DNA from: Candidatus Latescibacterota bacterium
GTDB taxonomy: Bacteria; Latescibacterota; UBA2968; GCA-2709665
NCBI GenBank assembly: GCA_965203805.1
Contig: OZ241917.1
Location: forward strand, 1,888,001-1,952,000
Length of the DNA: 64,000 nt
Reading direction: 5' to 3'
A program made the position numbers and the translations under genes. The notes below the pieces were generated by a model. It was not told the DNA's origin. It worked only from the letters and a program-made list of their open reading frames with translations, and made no database searches. Below, piece by piece: positions 1 to 10,872 of this stretch (the stretch's first letter is position 1; the number at the start of each line of letters is the position of its first letter).

Positions 1-1088
1 CTCCCGCGGTCATTGTAGAAGCCAATGCGCTCGGCCCGAGGCGTGACGGCCGCATAACGTTCGTGCTTGACGGTGCCCACGAACGAGGCTCGCTCTCCGA
101 TCGGGCCGGACAGGTTGCCTTCGACACCGAAGCCCACCCATTCCGTATAATTCGTCCGCACGTGAATCAGTTCGCCGGCGATTTCCTCGAAAATGGGATG
201 GTTGATCTTTTCCGAAAGGTCCGGATATTTCTCATTGGCCCAGACGGGATTGTCCCACTGCACCTTGTCCTGGTGCTGCGGCGAATCGTAGACGTTTTCG
301 CCCCAGTGCTTCTTACCGGCGGGCTCGTAGCGGAACTCGCCCCAGCCGTTCACCTCGCCGCCGCCTTCCTTGGTGATGATCTGGACCACGCCGCCCTGGG
401 CATTGCCGTATTCAGCGGGGGTTACGCCCGTCAGCACCGACAGTTCCTGGATGGCGCCGCGGTTCACCTGGCGGAAGCGGCCGCCTCGCCCGCGGCCGTC
501 GTTGTGGTTCATCCGGACACCGTCCACAACATAGGCCACGTCGTTGCCGTACCAGCCCCTGTCCACGTAGGCGCCGCGAATCCGGTTGGACCCGTCTACC
601 GCCACGCCCGGCTGCAGCTGCAGCAATTCGGACGTCCTGCGCGCGGCCGCCAGGTTCCGCTCGGTCTCTTCGAGCGTAACCGTGTACTTGCTGGTGGTCT
701 TATCCGGCTCCACCAGAGGACGGCCGGCCGTTACCACGAGCTCGCCCAGTTCGAGGGCGGTCTCTTTGAGGTTGTAATTGATGGTGGTGGTGTGGTCGGA
801 ACTGACCTCCACGCCCGTCTGCGACACCGTCTCGTACCCGATCAGGGACGCGGACAGGGTGTAGACGCCCGGCGAGATGTTGATGATGACGTAGTATCCG
901 TCGGCATCGGCCGTGGAACCCAGATTGAGTTCCTTGATCACAACGTTGGCGCCCGGCATGACTTCCCCTGCCTGGTCGCGCACCACGCCGTTGACCTTGC
1001 CGGTGACGCCCGCCTGCAGGTCGCCCGTGAAGAGACTCACGGCCGCGACCGCAACTGCGACTCCGAAAAACAGAAGCTTACGCTTCAT
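1..1088 (-). CDS. TonB-dependent receptor, N-terminal part (carboxypeptidase-regulatory-like domain plus plug); runs off the window start
   Basis: Not in the ORF track. Minus-strand translation from ATG at 1088: MKRKLLFFGVAVAVAAVSLFTGDLQAGVTGKVNGVVRDQAGEVMPGANVVIKELNLGSTADADGYYVIINISPGVYTLSASLIGY...ELGELVVTAGRP...LLQLQPGV. RBS GAAGGAGG upstream. Confidence 0.85.
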   Translation of the reverse strand, partial: MKRKLLFFGVAVAVAAVSLFTGDLQAGVTGKVNGVVRDQAGEVMPGANVVIKELNLGSTADADGYYVIINISPGVYTLSASLIGYETVSQTGVEVSSDHTTTINYNLKETALELGELVVTAGRPLVEPDKTTSKYTVTLEETERNLAAARRTSELLQLQPGVAVDGSNRIRGAYVDRGWYGNDVAYVVDGVRMNHNDGRGRGGRFRQVNRGAIQELSVLTGVTPAEYGNAQGGVVQIITKEGGGEVNGWGEFRYEPAGKKHWGENVYDSPQHQDKVQWDNPVWANEKYPDLSEKINHPIFEEIAGELIHVRTNYTEWVGFGVEGNLSGPIGERASFVGTVKHERYAAVTPRAERIGFYNDRG

Positions 1089-1131
1089 TGTGAACCCTCC
1101 TTCAATGAGTTGTTACCCCGGCTGCGGCGGA

Positions 1132-1851
1132 TTACCGCCAGAAGTAAAACTTCATCTGCGCGCCGATATCGACCATGTGTATCGGCCGTACTTTCTCCAG
1201 ACCATAGAAGAGCATATTGCGCAATTCGCCCACCACGAAGTTATAGCGGGCACGAAGGTCTATGGCCAGGTTCTGGGTGACGAAACCCTCGACACCCGCG
1301 CCTGCGTTGGCGCCAATGGTGTATCGCTGATCGACCTGGTCTTCCATGACGAAATCCAGATCAACGGGGTCGTTCGTCTGGCGGGAATAAACCAGGTTGC
1401 TGTTGATGGCGTAATACCTGTAGAGCCCGCCGCCAACCAGGAGATAATACCGATAATCCCTTGCCTTGAACCCGTGCGTGGCGTTCTCTTCACCGACAAA
1501 AAGCAACCCGTTCACGATCAGGTTGTTCCACGTGATTTCGGACCTTCCGTTCGGGTGCGGGTATGCCTGCTCGTCGATCGGGTACACCCAGAGATCGGAT
1601 GCCGGTTTTCCGTTTTCGAACTTCGAGTAATTGTACTCGATTTCAATGACGGTGCGCTGGCTGGCCACGTAGCTTAACGTTGCCCCGTATTTGCCGGTGG
1701 CGTCCCAGCGTTCTCCGAGCCGATGCATCGGGATGTTGTAATCGGCGATCCCGCCAACCGCCCATCTACCTTCCTGGGCCAATGCGCTGTCAGACAGACC
1801 CGCTGCCGTCAGCGCAAAAACAGCCAGAAAAGCGAAACGCACAACTTTCAT
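1132..1851 (-). CDS. Outer-membrane beta-barrel domain protein
   Basis: Signal peptide ending ALA-Q, amphipathic strands (GANAGAGVEGF, LAIDLRARYNF), aromatic C-terminus KFYFWR, GGAGG RBS. Confidence 0.75.
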   Translation of the reverse strand: MKVVRFAFLAVFALTAAGLSDSALAQEGRWAVGGIADYNIPMHRLGERWDATGKYGATLSYVASQRTVIEIEYNYSKFENGKPASDLWVYPIDEQAYPHPNGRSEITWNNLIVNGLLFVGEENATHGFKARDYRYYLLVGGGLYRYYAINSNLVYSRQTNDPVDLDFVMEDQVDQRYTIGANAGAGVEGFVTQNLAIDLRARYNFVVGELRNMLFYGLEKVRPIHMVDIGAQMKFYFWR

Positions 1852-2688
1852 CTACTCACCTCCCTCATGAGAGTGAATGATGCGAAAACTCCCTTCCTCC
1901 CGTCCCATCGTCCCACGTACGAAATTTGCGAAACTGTCTTCTCTTCATTTCGATAGACGACCTCCTTTCTTTAAGAACGGTCAGCAGTCCGCCCCCGAAC
2001 CGCCCACGACCGGAACGGAAATCCCGCGACACCGGCGAGTTGAGGGTTTCTCGCGTGATGACGCCGGTCTTCGCGTTTTTGCGTCAGGAATCGGGGAACC
2101 ATCCATAATGTTGCGGTGTCTGAAGAATATACGGACAACAAAAAGGGCATAATCCAGACCATGATAGAATCATGCGATTACGCCCCGGCGTTTACCGAAC
2201 ACTGCCCTCGCCAATGAACAAAGCATATGAGTTACCATTAAATGCTGGAGGTTGAACGCTGACACGCTACCCCGTTTCTTGCCGATTCGATAAAATTTAG
2301 TTGGGCCGACTGAATTTGTCAAGTTTTTTTTGTGTGCCCAGTGTCGAAGCACAACCTGGTAAACATCAGAAACTACAAAACACGCGAAAAAAACGAAAAA
2401 TCCTCGGCTGAAATCGATTGCAACAAGAAGCGCACTACTGCAATGAAGCACGTCAGCATGGCAATGCAACGATTTTCATCATGATTGCTGTCCCAAAGGG
2501 GCATGACAACTGTTTCAATGTTCGCGTGGAATCGGACGACGCTACGGAAGTCAGCCGGAAACCTGTGACGGCGCGACCGGTGAAACACCTCGGGACGTGA
2601 TTCACCGGCAACATGCAGAAAGGCGGATCACAATGCAACCGCAATCCGCCCCTCGATGCTTTAACATCCTGCCCTGAAACGTCAGGTC

Positions 2689-5127
2689 TTACTTCTCCAG
2701 GATCTGAAACCGCCCCTCGCGAACCGTCTGCTGACCGCTCACCAGGTCCTTCACCGTCATTTTCACCCGGTAGCGTCCGGGCTTGCCCTTTCGCAGGTCC
2801 AATTCGACGTAATCGGATTCGGCAGGCGAAGTGCCCACCTGCTGATAGCTCACCGTAACCATTTCACCCGACCCCTTACGGGCCAACGTCTTCAGTTTCT
2901 TCCGCCCCCGGCGCACCTCGTACCCCACCTCGTACCGGGTGTTTCCGAAGGAATCCCTCGCCAGGTTGTAAATCTCGAAATACACGTAGACCGGATCGCC
3001 GGACCGGAAAGCCCGGGACGGCGCCGCGGCGATCTGCCATTGCCCGCGGACCGACTTCGGGTTGGAGCCCGGGCCGGCCTCGACGACCCGGTACGCAATC
3101 TGAAGATCGCTGAGGAGCAACTCACCGGTATCGTAGTCGGGAACCTCGACCTCCTGGTGATACGCCTGAAGCCGGTTCGTATTCAGCCTTGACATCTGCA
3201 GCGCCAGCCGATAGGCGCCCGGCGGCGCGGTCAGGTCGACCCGGTCCACGGCCAGCAACCCCGTCCCTCGTGATGACGGCGATATCCGCAGGTCCAGCCG
3301 GTCGCGGGTCTTCCGCACCTCCTCGGTCCGGTTTTCGATCAACGCGATGCGCCTCTCAAGAGTCACGGTTGTGTCGCGGTCGCCGTCCACCAGGACGTTG
3401 TCCAGCGGCAGTCCCAGATTCAGCTGGAGGTCCGCTTCTCCGTTGCGGCCCCGGAACGAAAGCGCTTCATAGTAGAACTCCATGGGATCCAGATGGGACA
3501 GGTCGTACCGCTCCGGCAGATCCTTCGAGATTCTCGCCACCCGGGCGCCGGGCGCCAGGTTGGGCAACCGCATCATCAGGCGGCGCATCGGGCCCATGCG
3601 CTGCATGGAGAGTTCGTCCAGATCGTACCCGTCCGGAGTGGGCTCCGGTGCGAAATCGTAAATGCTGCTGTACAGCTCGTCAGTAAACACGACCTCCAGA
3701 CCGTTCTCGATGTCCGCGTAAACCCAGACCTCCCATCCCACCTTCGAGTAGTCCATGCTCGTGGTGACCGGCTTGTAGAACGTGAGTCCCACGTCGATTT
3801 CCTCAGGGCCGCCCAACGGTTTGCTGTTGGTCCCCCACTCAGACTGGGAGAGCCTCTTTTCAGCGGACCGGTCGGACCGTATGGGATACACCGGGCCGAT
3901 GAACGTCATGTCCATACCGCGCCTTCCGTAGAGCTGAAACGCCAGCTTTTCCTGTACGCGCTGCACCTTGATGGGAACCCGAGCGTTGATTTGCTTCCAA
4001 CTGGATTTCCAGTCGGGCTCTCCGTACCTGACGAACACGCGGCCACGGGCATCGAAGGGCCAGGCGATTTCGCCATAGAGCGTCATTGCCCGCCAGACGC
4101 GGCGGTAATGTTCCACGCGCCGCATGGAGCCGCCGCTCGTCTGGAACGGGTCGCGCTTCAGCCAGAAACGCTTCAGGAACGCTTCCCGTTCTGCAGGCGG
4201 CGTGTTCCTGTAGGCCGCAACATCCTCCGGCCCGCCGACGTTGGAGATATCGTAATACGCCGACCGTTCCTTTACGGTAAGGAGCGAGATATACCTTTCG
4301 AACGCCCCGAAGGCCTCTTCGTGATCCCCCCAGGCGGCCAATACCTGGGCCTCGAGGGGCAGCCCCCGCCGGGGACCCATCAGCGCCGCCAACTGGAGCA
4401 CTTCGTCGTACCGCTCGATCTTCAGAAGATGCATCGCGAAGTCGAACGCCGACTCCTCATCGTCGGGTTCGTGCGAAAGGAACTCCCGGAAATACCGGAT
4501 GGCTTCCGGCGTGTTCCCCCGCGAAAGATAGAAGTCGGCCAGCAGCATATACGAAGGCGCATGGTTGGGATCATGACGGAGCGCCGTCCGCGCCGAGGCA
4601 ACCACTTCCTCTTTTCTGCCCATTTTCAAGTGTGCGCGTCCCATCAGCTGATGGGCGTCCGCGTAGGTGGAGTCAATGCGAATGGCACGTTCAAGGTTCC
4701 TCAACGCCCGCCTGGGGTTATTCATCAGCTCCAGATATACGCGCCCCAGTCCGTACCTCGCCGCAACGAGCGTAGAATCCCGGACCAGGGCGTCTCTGAA
4801 ACGCGCGCGCGCGCGCTGCGTATCCTTCGTCTTCAGATAGAGCATTCCGATCCGTACCTGCAGCAGCGCCGGGTTGGGATATGCTTCCAGAGCGCCTTCC
4901 AGCTTTCCGATCGCCAGCCGGATCGAATCGGGATGGTCCGATTTCATGCTGCGGATGTAGACGCCGTCGATTTCACCGGGCGCCAGCGCGTCGGCCCGGG
5001 CCGATGTCGCCCACCATCCATTAACGGCAAGGACCAAAACAGACAAAAGACCAAGGCACACCAGACTCGCGCGGTCATTTTCAATAAATAACATACTCTT
5101 AAGACTCGTGTAATGAACTCGATTCAT
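2689..5127 (-). CDS. TPR + GWxTD-domain protein (start uncertain)
   Basis: N-terminal hydrophobic segment and TPRs, then FLKRFWLKRDP...EHYRRV...WPFDARGRVFVRYGEPD (variant of the GWxTDRG motif) and a C-terminal LLLSDL/PVYVYFEIYNL beta domain. Confidence 0.85.
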   Translation of the reverse strand: MNRVHYTSLKSMLFIENDRASLVCLGLLSVLVLAVNGWWATSARADALAPGEIDGVYIRSMKSDHPDSIRLAIGKLEGALEAYPNPALLQVRIGMLYLKTKDTQRARARFRDALVRDSTLVAARYGLGRVYLELMNNPRRALRNLERAIRIDSTYADAHQLMGRAHLKMGRKEEVVASARTALRHDPNHAPSYMLLADFYLSRGNTPEAIRYFREFLSHEPDDEESAFDFAMHLLKIERYDEVLQLAALMGPRRGLPLEAQVLAAWGDHEEAFGAFERYISLLTVKERSAYYDISNVGGPEDVAAYRNTPPAEREAFLKRFWLKRDPFQTSGGSMRRVEHYRRVWRAMTLYGEIAWPFDARGRVFVRYGEPDWKSSWKQINARVPIKVQRVQEKLAFQLYGRRGMDMTFIGPVYPIRSDRSAEKRLSQSEWGTNSKPLGGPEEIDVGLTFYKPVTTSMDYSKVGWEVWVYADIENGLEVVFTDELYSSIYDFAPEPTPDGYDLDELSMQRMGPMRRLMMRLPNLAPGARVARISKDLPERYDLSHLDPMEFYYEALSFRGRNGEADLQLNLGLPLDNVLVDGDRDTTVTLERRIALIENRTEEVRKTRDRLDLRISPSSRGTGLLAVDRVDLTAPPGAYRLALQMSRLNTNRLQAYHQEVEVPDYDTGELLLSDLQIAYRVVEAGPGSNPKSVRGQWQIAAAPSRAFRSGDPVYVYFEIYNLARDSFGNTRYEVGYEVRRGRKKLKTLARKGSGEMVTVSYQQVGTSPAESDYVELDLRKGKPGRYRVKMTVKDLVSGQQTVREGRFQILEK

Positions 5128-5469
5128 TATACCTGTGAGGCCAAGCTGACGATGGCTCCGCTCGAATGTGTCCTTCGCGGGTTTCTGCCGAAAGAACAAT
5201 CGAGTGGACGGGAGATTCTTAGACTGCGCTTAGAATCTCAAGTCGGCAACCAGCTACGTGAGATCCTCATTTGACGATCGTAGAATGCGGCTGTTACCAC
5301 TTTCTCAAAGGAATTTAACGCCCCTTGCCACGCTGACGGCCCACCGCCTATACAGATCATGTTGAATTTGCAGAAAATATATACAAGTGGAAAAATAAGG
5401 CAATAGTCAGTCTGCCTCCCCAAGCAAATGACCTTGATCCATTTTTTAAAGAATCTGGTTCTGCTACTT

Positions 5470-5851
5470 GGATCCCCCCGCGGCCTGGATAGCGCCTTGA
5501 GCGTCCCCTCACGACGCGCACGACGCCATTGGGTCAACTGCGAGGAATACAACCCTTCGTGACGCAGCAACGCACCGACTTCAACAGGAGCCCGGAAGGC
5601 GCCCGCATCTTCTCAGGACGAGAAGCTTGTACCGGGCGGTTAAAACGACTCCACTTTGCATGCGCCGTCACCTCCGGATCCGGCCTCGTGGTTGTGGAGG
5701 CCCCGCGCGGGACCTCCACAACCAGAGACCCCTTGCCGCCGTTGTCTCCAACATAGGTTCTTGAATTCACCTCGTGCTCTCATCCCCGCCCAATATACGA
5801 CGACATTGAACTCGGACAGAAAACTGTCTCACTCGATATTGGCACGTACGG
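5470..5851 (-). mobile_element. IS3-family remnant (degraded orfA plus one terminal repeat)
   Basis: Fragments PDPEVTAHAK..RF and LLRHEGLYSSQLTQWRRARREG lie in different frames. An end-like sequence CCGTACGTGCCAATATCGAGTGAGACAGTTT (minus strand) starts at 5851. Confidence 0.6.
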
Positions 5852-6434
5852 AAGAAAGCATCCGTCGTAGCGTCAATGCAAAGACGTGCATACCAGGATT
5901 GTCTGGAAGTTCGATGGCAGCGAGTGGCATGCGTGTGTCAATAGGCACTCGTTGTATCCAGATGCCATAGTCAACGCCGAGCCGATCTGTATAAACGTGA
6001 CGAGTGGGACAGTGAACTCCTGAGCACCTTACCGCGACCCTTTCTCCGTATTGAAGGCGGTTGCCCTTATGCCACGAGCTCAGCCCGACAAGAGAGCTTA
6101 CCCTACACCCATCAGCAGTGATAAACGAAACGTTGTCCTCGAAGTCTCGTTCAGCTGCCCCAAGAACGTATAATGTGTCGTACGTGTCTTCAGGAATCGC
6201 GATATGTTGACCTTCCATAGAGACGTTGTTGTTCATGCCGTCTCTCTTATCGGGAAATCGAAACACAATACCATCGCAATCGAACAGCGAATTCGAACTG
6301 GGCAGGTCCTCTTCCGGGTAAGTTTGGCCAATGCCGTTGAAGTCACCGTCCGTACGATCGGAATCTGAAGACACGGCATCACTATTGTAGTAACGGCGGA
6401 GATCTACCATATGATATACGTCAATTTTGCCCAT
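5829..6434 (-). CDS. Hypothetical beta-sandwich protein resembling accessory domains of some glycoside hydrolases; last codons probably IS-derived
   Basis: Motifs VDLRRYYNSDAV, DGDFNGIGQTYPEEDLP, LYVLGAA and IELPDNPGMHVFALTL. GAGG RBS. Confidence 0.55.
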   Translation of the reverse strand: MGKIDVYHMVDLRRYYNSDAVSSDSDRTDGDFNGIGQTYPEEDLPSSNSLFDCDGIVFRFPDKRDGMNNNVSMEGQHIAIPEDTYDTLYVLGAAERDFEDNVSFITADGCRVSSLVGLSSWHKGNRLQYGERVAVRCSGVHCPTRHVYTDRLGVDYGIWIQRVPIDTRMPLAAIELPDNPGMHVFALTLRRMLSSVRANIE

Positions 6435-6748
6435 ATTTGCCTCTGGATAGGTTCTTGTTCATGGATTGTTGGAAGTTACAGGGGTTATTCACTCGGATGG
6501 CGACAGATTCTCGACCCTTTAGTAACTTGATATTTATTGAAACTGTCCAATGTTCTCTCTACGAACTTCTCGCGCCCATCGGAAATGGAGAGAACCACGG
6601 GACGCGGTCGTCCTCGGAAGCCCATTGTGTCGTCTGACCAGGTCCGTGAGGAATTTTTCTCACTATAAAGTTCTCGTACGTTGCCGCATCGTCTCGTGTG
6701 AAGGGCTAGGATTGTCGTGCTGAGCGCCTAACCTTAATTCCGCAAAAA

Positions 6749-8128
6749 TCAGGCGGCGTTGCGTAGGAAGTTGAAGATTTTTCGGTATTGTTTTTCGGTG
6801 TGTTTGTTGGGTTGCAGGCGCAGGGTAAGCCGCCCCTGGAGTCGTAGGAGGAAGCCGGCACGATTGATGAGTTCGAAGCGCAGGGTGCGTATGGATTTGA
6901 GTGGCCATCGGTTAGTGATTTTCCAGGTGCGATTGCGTTTTGTCAACCCGGTTTCGATCTGGAAGTTGGTCAGGAGGTTGTGGGCGAGAATGACGAACTG
7001 TTGCCAGGCACTATTGGCGTTGTAATTGTTTGTGGGAATGGTATCGAAACCGAGTCCGGTCTTGAGTTCACCGAGGGCTTTTTCGTGCATGCCACGGCCT
7101 GCCATAAAGCGCCAGAGCGCGCGCACCTTGAGGGATAGATTGGTGGCCACCGCAGAATATTCGAAGGTACCGTCATCGGGGTCGAACAGGTCCAATTGGT
7201 AGTTCTTGCGGGTGGGATGCATCACGCGTTTTCGAAAAATGACGATGTTGAACGTGCGTTTCCATTTTTTGACCGTCAGCGTCGACGTGAAGCCATCGAC
7301 GCCCTTCTCGACGCGTTGCCATTGGGTGCATTCACGGATTTTCCGCTGCATGTCCAGACCTTTCCAGAAGGGCACCTTGATGGCGTAGAAAGCCTTGTTC
7401 TTGTCGAGCGTTTTAACCACATCCTGTTTGAAAAAGTCACCATCCATACGGAATCGCAGCGTGTAGGCGTTCCCCAGGCGCTGTTTGACCTGGGTAGACA
7501 CGTCCCGTAGAAACGGGAGGGAGGCGCTGCCATCGTTGACGTTGCCGGGCCGGTTGTGTACGCCCAGGAAATGACCACTGTCGGCCAGGTAGGCGGTGAT
7601 GGGATAGTAACTGGGCACTTTGCGATGATGCGGATTATACCCACGGCGGGCACCGCCAACGCGTTTTCCCGTGCACAATACAGTGCCGTCCACGTCGATC
7701 GTCAGCTTTCGGGCGCACAACAGATGGATCTTATGGGCAACAACGTCGGCGTTGAGGGCTTTCAGGGCCTTCAAACCCTTGTCGGTAAACCGTCTCAGAA
7801 ACGTGCTCATGCTGCGGGGGGTCGGTAGATCCGTCAGACCGCAAAACCGCTGCAGCAGGGGATCTCCCTTTAAGAAATCCAGATGTCGCAACCGACACCC
7901 GCCCACCCACAGCAAACCCAACAGAACACGGCACAGGCTCACCACACCGAAGTCGCCGCCAAAGCCCACACTGCCCAGGTGGCGGCGCAATTGCCTGTTC
8001 CAATCCACGTTTCGCAAATATCGCATCAACAGCTCCAAACCCGCATACGAGGTGAGGCCTTCACCCGTGAATTCCATCTTCAAATTGTCGTTGACACGCG
8101 CGTGCAAATCGGCTTTCTTTCGTCTCAC
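6749..8128 (-). mobile_element. IS1380-family transposase, ORF intact
   Basis: LTSYAGLELL, LTIDVDGTV, GYNPHHRKVPSYYP, RPGNVND, RMDGDFF, RGMHEKALGELK; typical DDE_Tnp_1_4 layout. Confidence 0.9.
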
Positions 8129-8340
8129 TGTACGTGGCCTTTCGTTTTGGGTTAATTGGGGGTTTCGTCGCTACCCAATATACCCAAATGGAAGGCCTTT
8201 TCCTATTGAAAAATATAGACTTACTCGCCTTTTTGCTTAATATTCAATACACGGAAATTCATCAATATTATTTTCGCATTGAGGCTAATCCTGCCCATCC
8301 TGTCTAACCAGGTAAGTTTGAGTATTGTGATCAAAAGAGG

Positions 8341-10857
8341 TTATCGTATGGCAAACGAAACCTCGGACGATGCATGGCTTCCCGCGATCTCATCCGAAAC
8401 CTTAACGATCAACAACTGATGCCCCGGATCGGTTTTCGACATATCCAGTTCCAGGTATCCGTACTCATCGGCTCTGTCTCCCTCGTGCGCGTACTCCACG
8501 TTCACGACCTCAGCCTTTCTGTCGATGCCGACCAACCTGCCAAGCGCCTTCAGGATCTTCACCGCTACGTTACCTTTATGGAGCGAATGCAGTTCGTACA
8601 ATACCCGGTACCTTGTCCTGCCGAACTCGTCCTTCGTCAGGTTGTAGACTTCGTAATAGACAAACACCGGCTGTCCCACGAAATAGAACAGACTCGGATT
8701 AGGCACCACCTCGACCTCACCTTTTGTGAATTTGCTGCCACGGCTTGGACGAATCAACGAGGCCATCTCAATATCACTCACCTTCAGCGAGTCATCGCCA
8801 TATGGATGCAGCACCACTTCGCGGTTGTAGACCTGAGACTTTTCCGACGACGTGTCCAGAATCTGCACGGATAGCCGATAGGTACCGGGCGCCGCGGTGA
8901 TACGGTCCATTGCCGGCACAAATGCGATCTGGGTGGTATCAATCGGTCCCGACGTGTACAGCTCCATATCCTCGCTCGACCGATACACCGGCTTGTTATC
9001 CTCGTCGTGCAGCGCCAGGCCCCGCTTCAAGTATGCCGTCAGCCTTCCGTCGAGTCCTTCTTTGTAGTCAAGTTCACGCGTGGGAATACCATAGTACACC
9101 TCCAGTTTTGCCGAACGGTCATCTGCCTTGAATCGAGCTGCGTCATAGAAGAAATCGAGGGGGGCAGTGGCAAAGTCCTGTTCGTAAATCGCCGGCGTCT
9201 TGCGCGCCGCGCGTTGCATCACCAGACCGGGGTTCATTCGCTGCCATATCAAATTTGACTTGATCGAAGTATCGATCGAAGGATGAAGGATTTCATCTGT
9301 TGGCTCGTCAGTCGACATCGAAGTATCTATCGAAGTATCGATCCAAGGATCAGGGATTTCATCCATTAGCCCGTCAGTCAACAAGGTGGTGCCGGGGTTT
9401 CGCCCTGTGATCTCGTCCACCCAGATAGCGGCGCCCGCATGCGGCACCTCTGCGTACTTGTAGGCGCCTGGGCCTGGCCCGTGTTCCTGTACAAAAGTCA
9501 CTTCCACGCCACCATCGACGTTCGGGTAAATCCAGTATTCCCAGACGCCTCGAACGGGGTATACCGGGTAACCAAGAATCGTAGATAGCGTCTGCTGGTC
9601 GTCCATACCCTTCTCTACTGATCCACTCATCGACCTGTAGAAGCTGACCATGCGCCGGTTCAGAAGGAGGTGAGGCAAGGCTTCGCCAGCCTGGTTCATC
9701 AGCCGGTCCTTAACTGCAAGAACCCTTGGGTCCGTCTCAAATCGGATGTTCTCCGACGCACTGATGTGATCGGGCCTTCCATAACGTACATACACCTCCC
9801 CACGTACGTCCCAGGGGAATTCGTACTCGCTGAAATGCTCCCGTGCATACGCCACCCGGCGGCAGTGCTCTATCCACCGTTCGTTGGCCGCCGTCACCGG
9901 CGCAGGATCCCGAGGCGCCCAGAAAATTTCGGATTGCGCCTTGCGCTCTTCATCTGGCGTCGCCTGGAAGCGGGACAGTTCATCGCTGTTAACCACCAGG
10001 CTTAGATCATAGTATAATGCCTGCTCGCCGGGTGGCAGACCCTCCAGGAAAGCATCCAGTATCGCATCAAACGGATCGTGGTCACGCGCATGCTGATACA
10101 TCTCCGCCAGATCCAGGAACGCGCGCCGCTGATAGGCATTCGGCGTATCCACGACTGTCTTGAACATCGCCAACGCTTCATCCGTGCGTCCTTCTTCCTT
10201 CAACCACTGTGCAAGATAGGTCCGAGCCCCGAAATGTGCTCGATTCACCTGGAGTTGCCGGCGGAACGCTTCCTCTGCGTTTCGCGCATTTCGAAATCGA
10301 CCCGCTCTTCCATCTTTGTAGATCCGACCAATCTGGAACCAGACATCGTGATGATCCGGGTCCACCTTAACGAGTTTCTTGTACGTGTCCAGTTCCCTCG
10401 AATTGCCAATTTCCTGGTACGATTGGGCCAGGTTGTAGTACGCTTCCACGTAACCTCGGTCAGCCCGAACGGCCCTTCGAAAATACTTGATTGCCCAATC
10501 CAGCATTTTCTCTGTATTGCGAAACACGAGACCCAGTCCGTTCAGGGCCGGTGCGAAGTTCTTCCGCTTTCGGAGGGCTTCTCGGAACGCTTTCTCGGCA
10601 TCCTTCAGATTTCCCTTTTTCAGGTGGACATGGCCCAGCCCGACGTAAGAAGGCGCATGTTTCGAGTTGATCTCCAGTGCCGCCTGAAAACACCTCTCGG
10701 CATTCTCATATTTCCCGGATTCGAGATAGGCCAGCCCGGATTTATACGTGCTATCGACCCGTGAGATGTCCTTTGCAGTCGATCCTTCGGCCGGACTTTC
10801 GCCCAAACAAACGACAATCGTGATCGATGCAATCAAATAGTGCTTGAACCAGTACAT
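8341..10857 (-). CDS. TPR + GWxTD-domain protein
   Basis: Signal peptide, several TPRs, FWAPRDP...NERWIEHCRRVAYA...PWDVRGEVYVRYGRPD, C-terminal PVFVYYEVYNL. Paralog of 2689-5127. Confidence 0.85.
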   Translation of the reverse strand: MYWFKHYLIASITIVVCLGESPAEGSTAKDISRVDSTYKSGLAYLESGKYENAERCFQAALEINSKHAPSYVGLGHVHLKKGNLKDAEKAFREALRKRKNFAPALNGLGLVFRNTEKMLDWAIKYFRRAVRADRGYVEAYYNLAQSYQEIGNSRELDTYKKLVKVDPDHHDVWFQIGRIYKDGRAGRFRNARNAEEAFRRQLQVNRAHFGARTYLAQWLKEEGRTDEALAMFKTVVDTPNAYQRRAFLDLAEMYQHARDHDPFDAILDAFLEGLPPGEQALYYDLSLVVNSDELSRFQATPDEERKAQSEIFWAPRDPAPVTAANERWIEHCRRVAYAREHFSEYEFPWDVRGEVYVRYGRPDHISASENIRFETDPRVLAVKDRLMNQAGEALPHLLLNRRMVSFYRSMSGSVEKGMDDQQTLSTILGYPVYPVRGVWEYWIYPNVDGGVEVTFVQEHGPGPGAYKYAEVPHAGAAIWVDEITGRNPGTTLLTDGLMDEIPDPWIDTSIDTSMSTDEPTDEILHPSIDTSIKSNLIWQRMNPGLVMQRAARKTPAIYEQDFATAPLDFFYDAARFKADDRSAKLEVYYGIPTRELDYKEGLDGRLTAYLKRGLALHDEDNKPVYRSSEDMELYTSGPIDTTQIAFVPAMDRITAAPGTYRLSVQILDTSSEKSQVYNREVVLHPYGDDSLKVSDIEMASLIRPSRGSKFTKGEVEVVPNPSLFYFVGQPVFVYYEVYNLTKDEFGRTRYRVLYELHSLHKGNVAVKILKALGRLVGIDRKAEVVNVEYAHEGDRADEYGYLELDMSKTDPGHQLLIVKVSDEIAGSHASSEVSFAIR

Positions 10858-10872
10858 ATGGAACCCTCCCCT

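Noticed and set aside
63-1280. 405-aa plus-strand ORF and other long antisense ORFs (3493-5091, 46339-47694, 51528-53216, 60024-61127)
   Set aside because: They are shadows of well-supported genes on the opposite strand in GC-rich DNA and show no motifs.
1852-2688. Long intergenic region as a possible riboswitch or ncRNA, including ATTGCA-N16-TGCAAT
   Set aside because: No recognisable riboswitch core, and a short palindrome alone is weak evidence.
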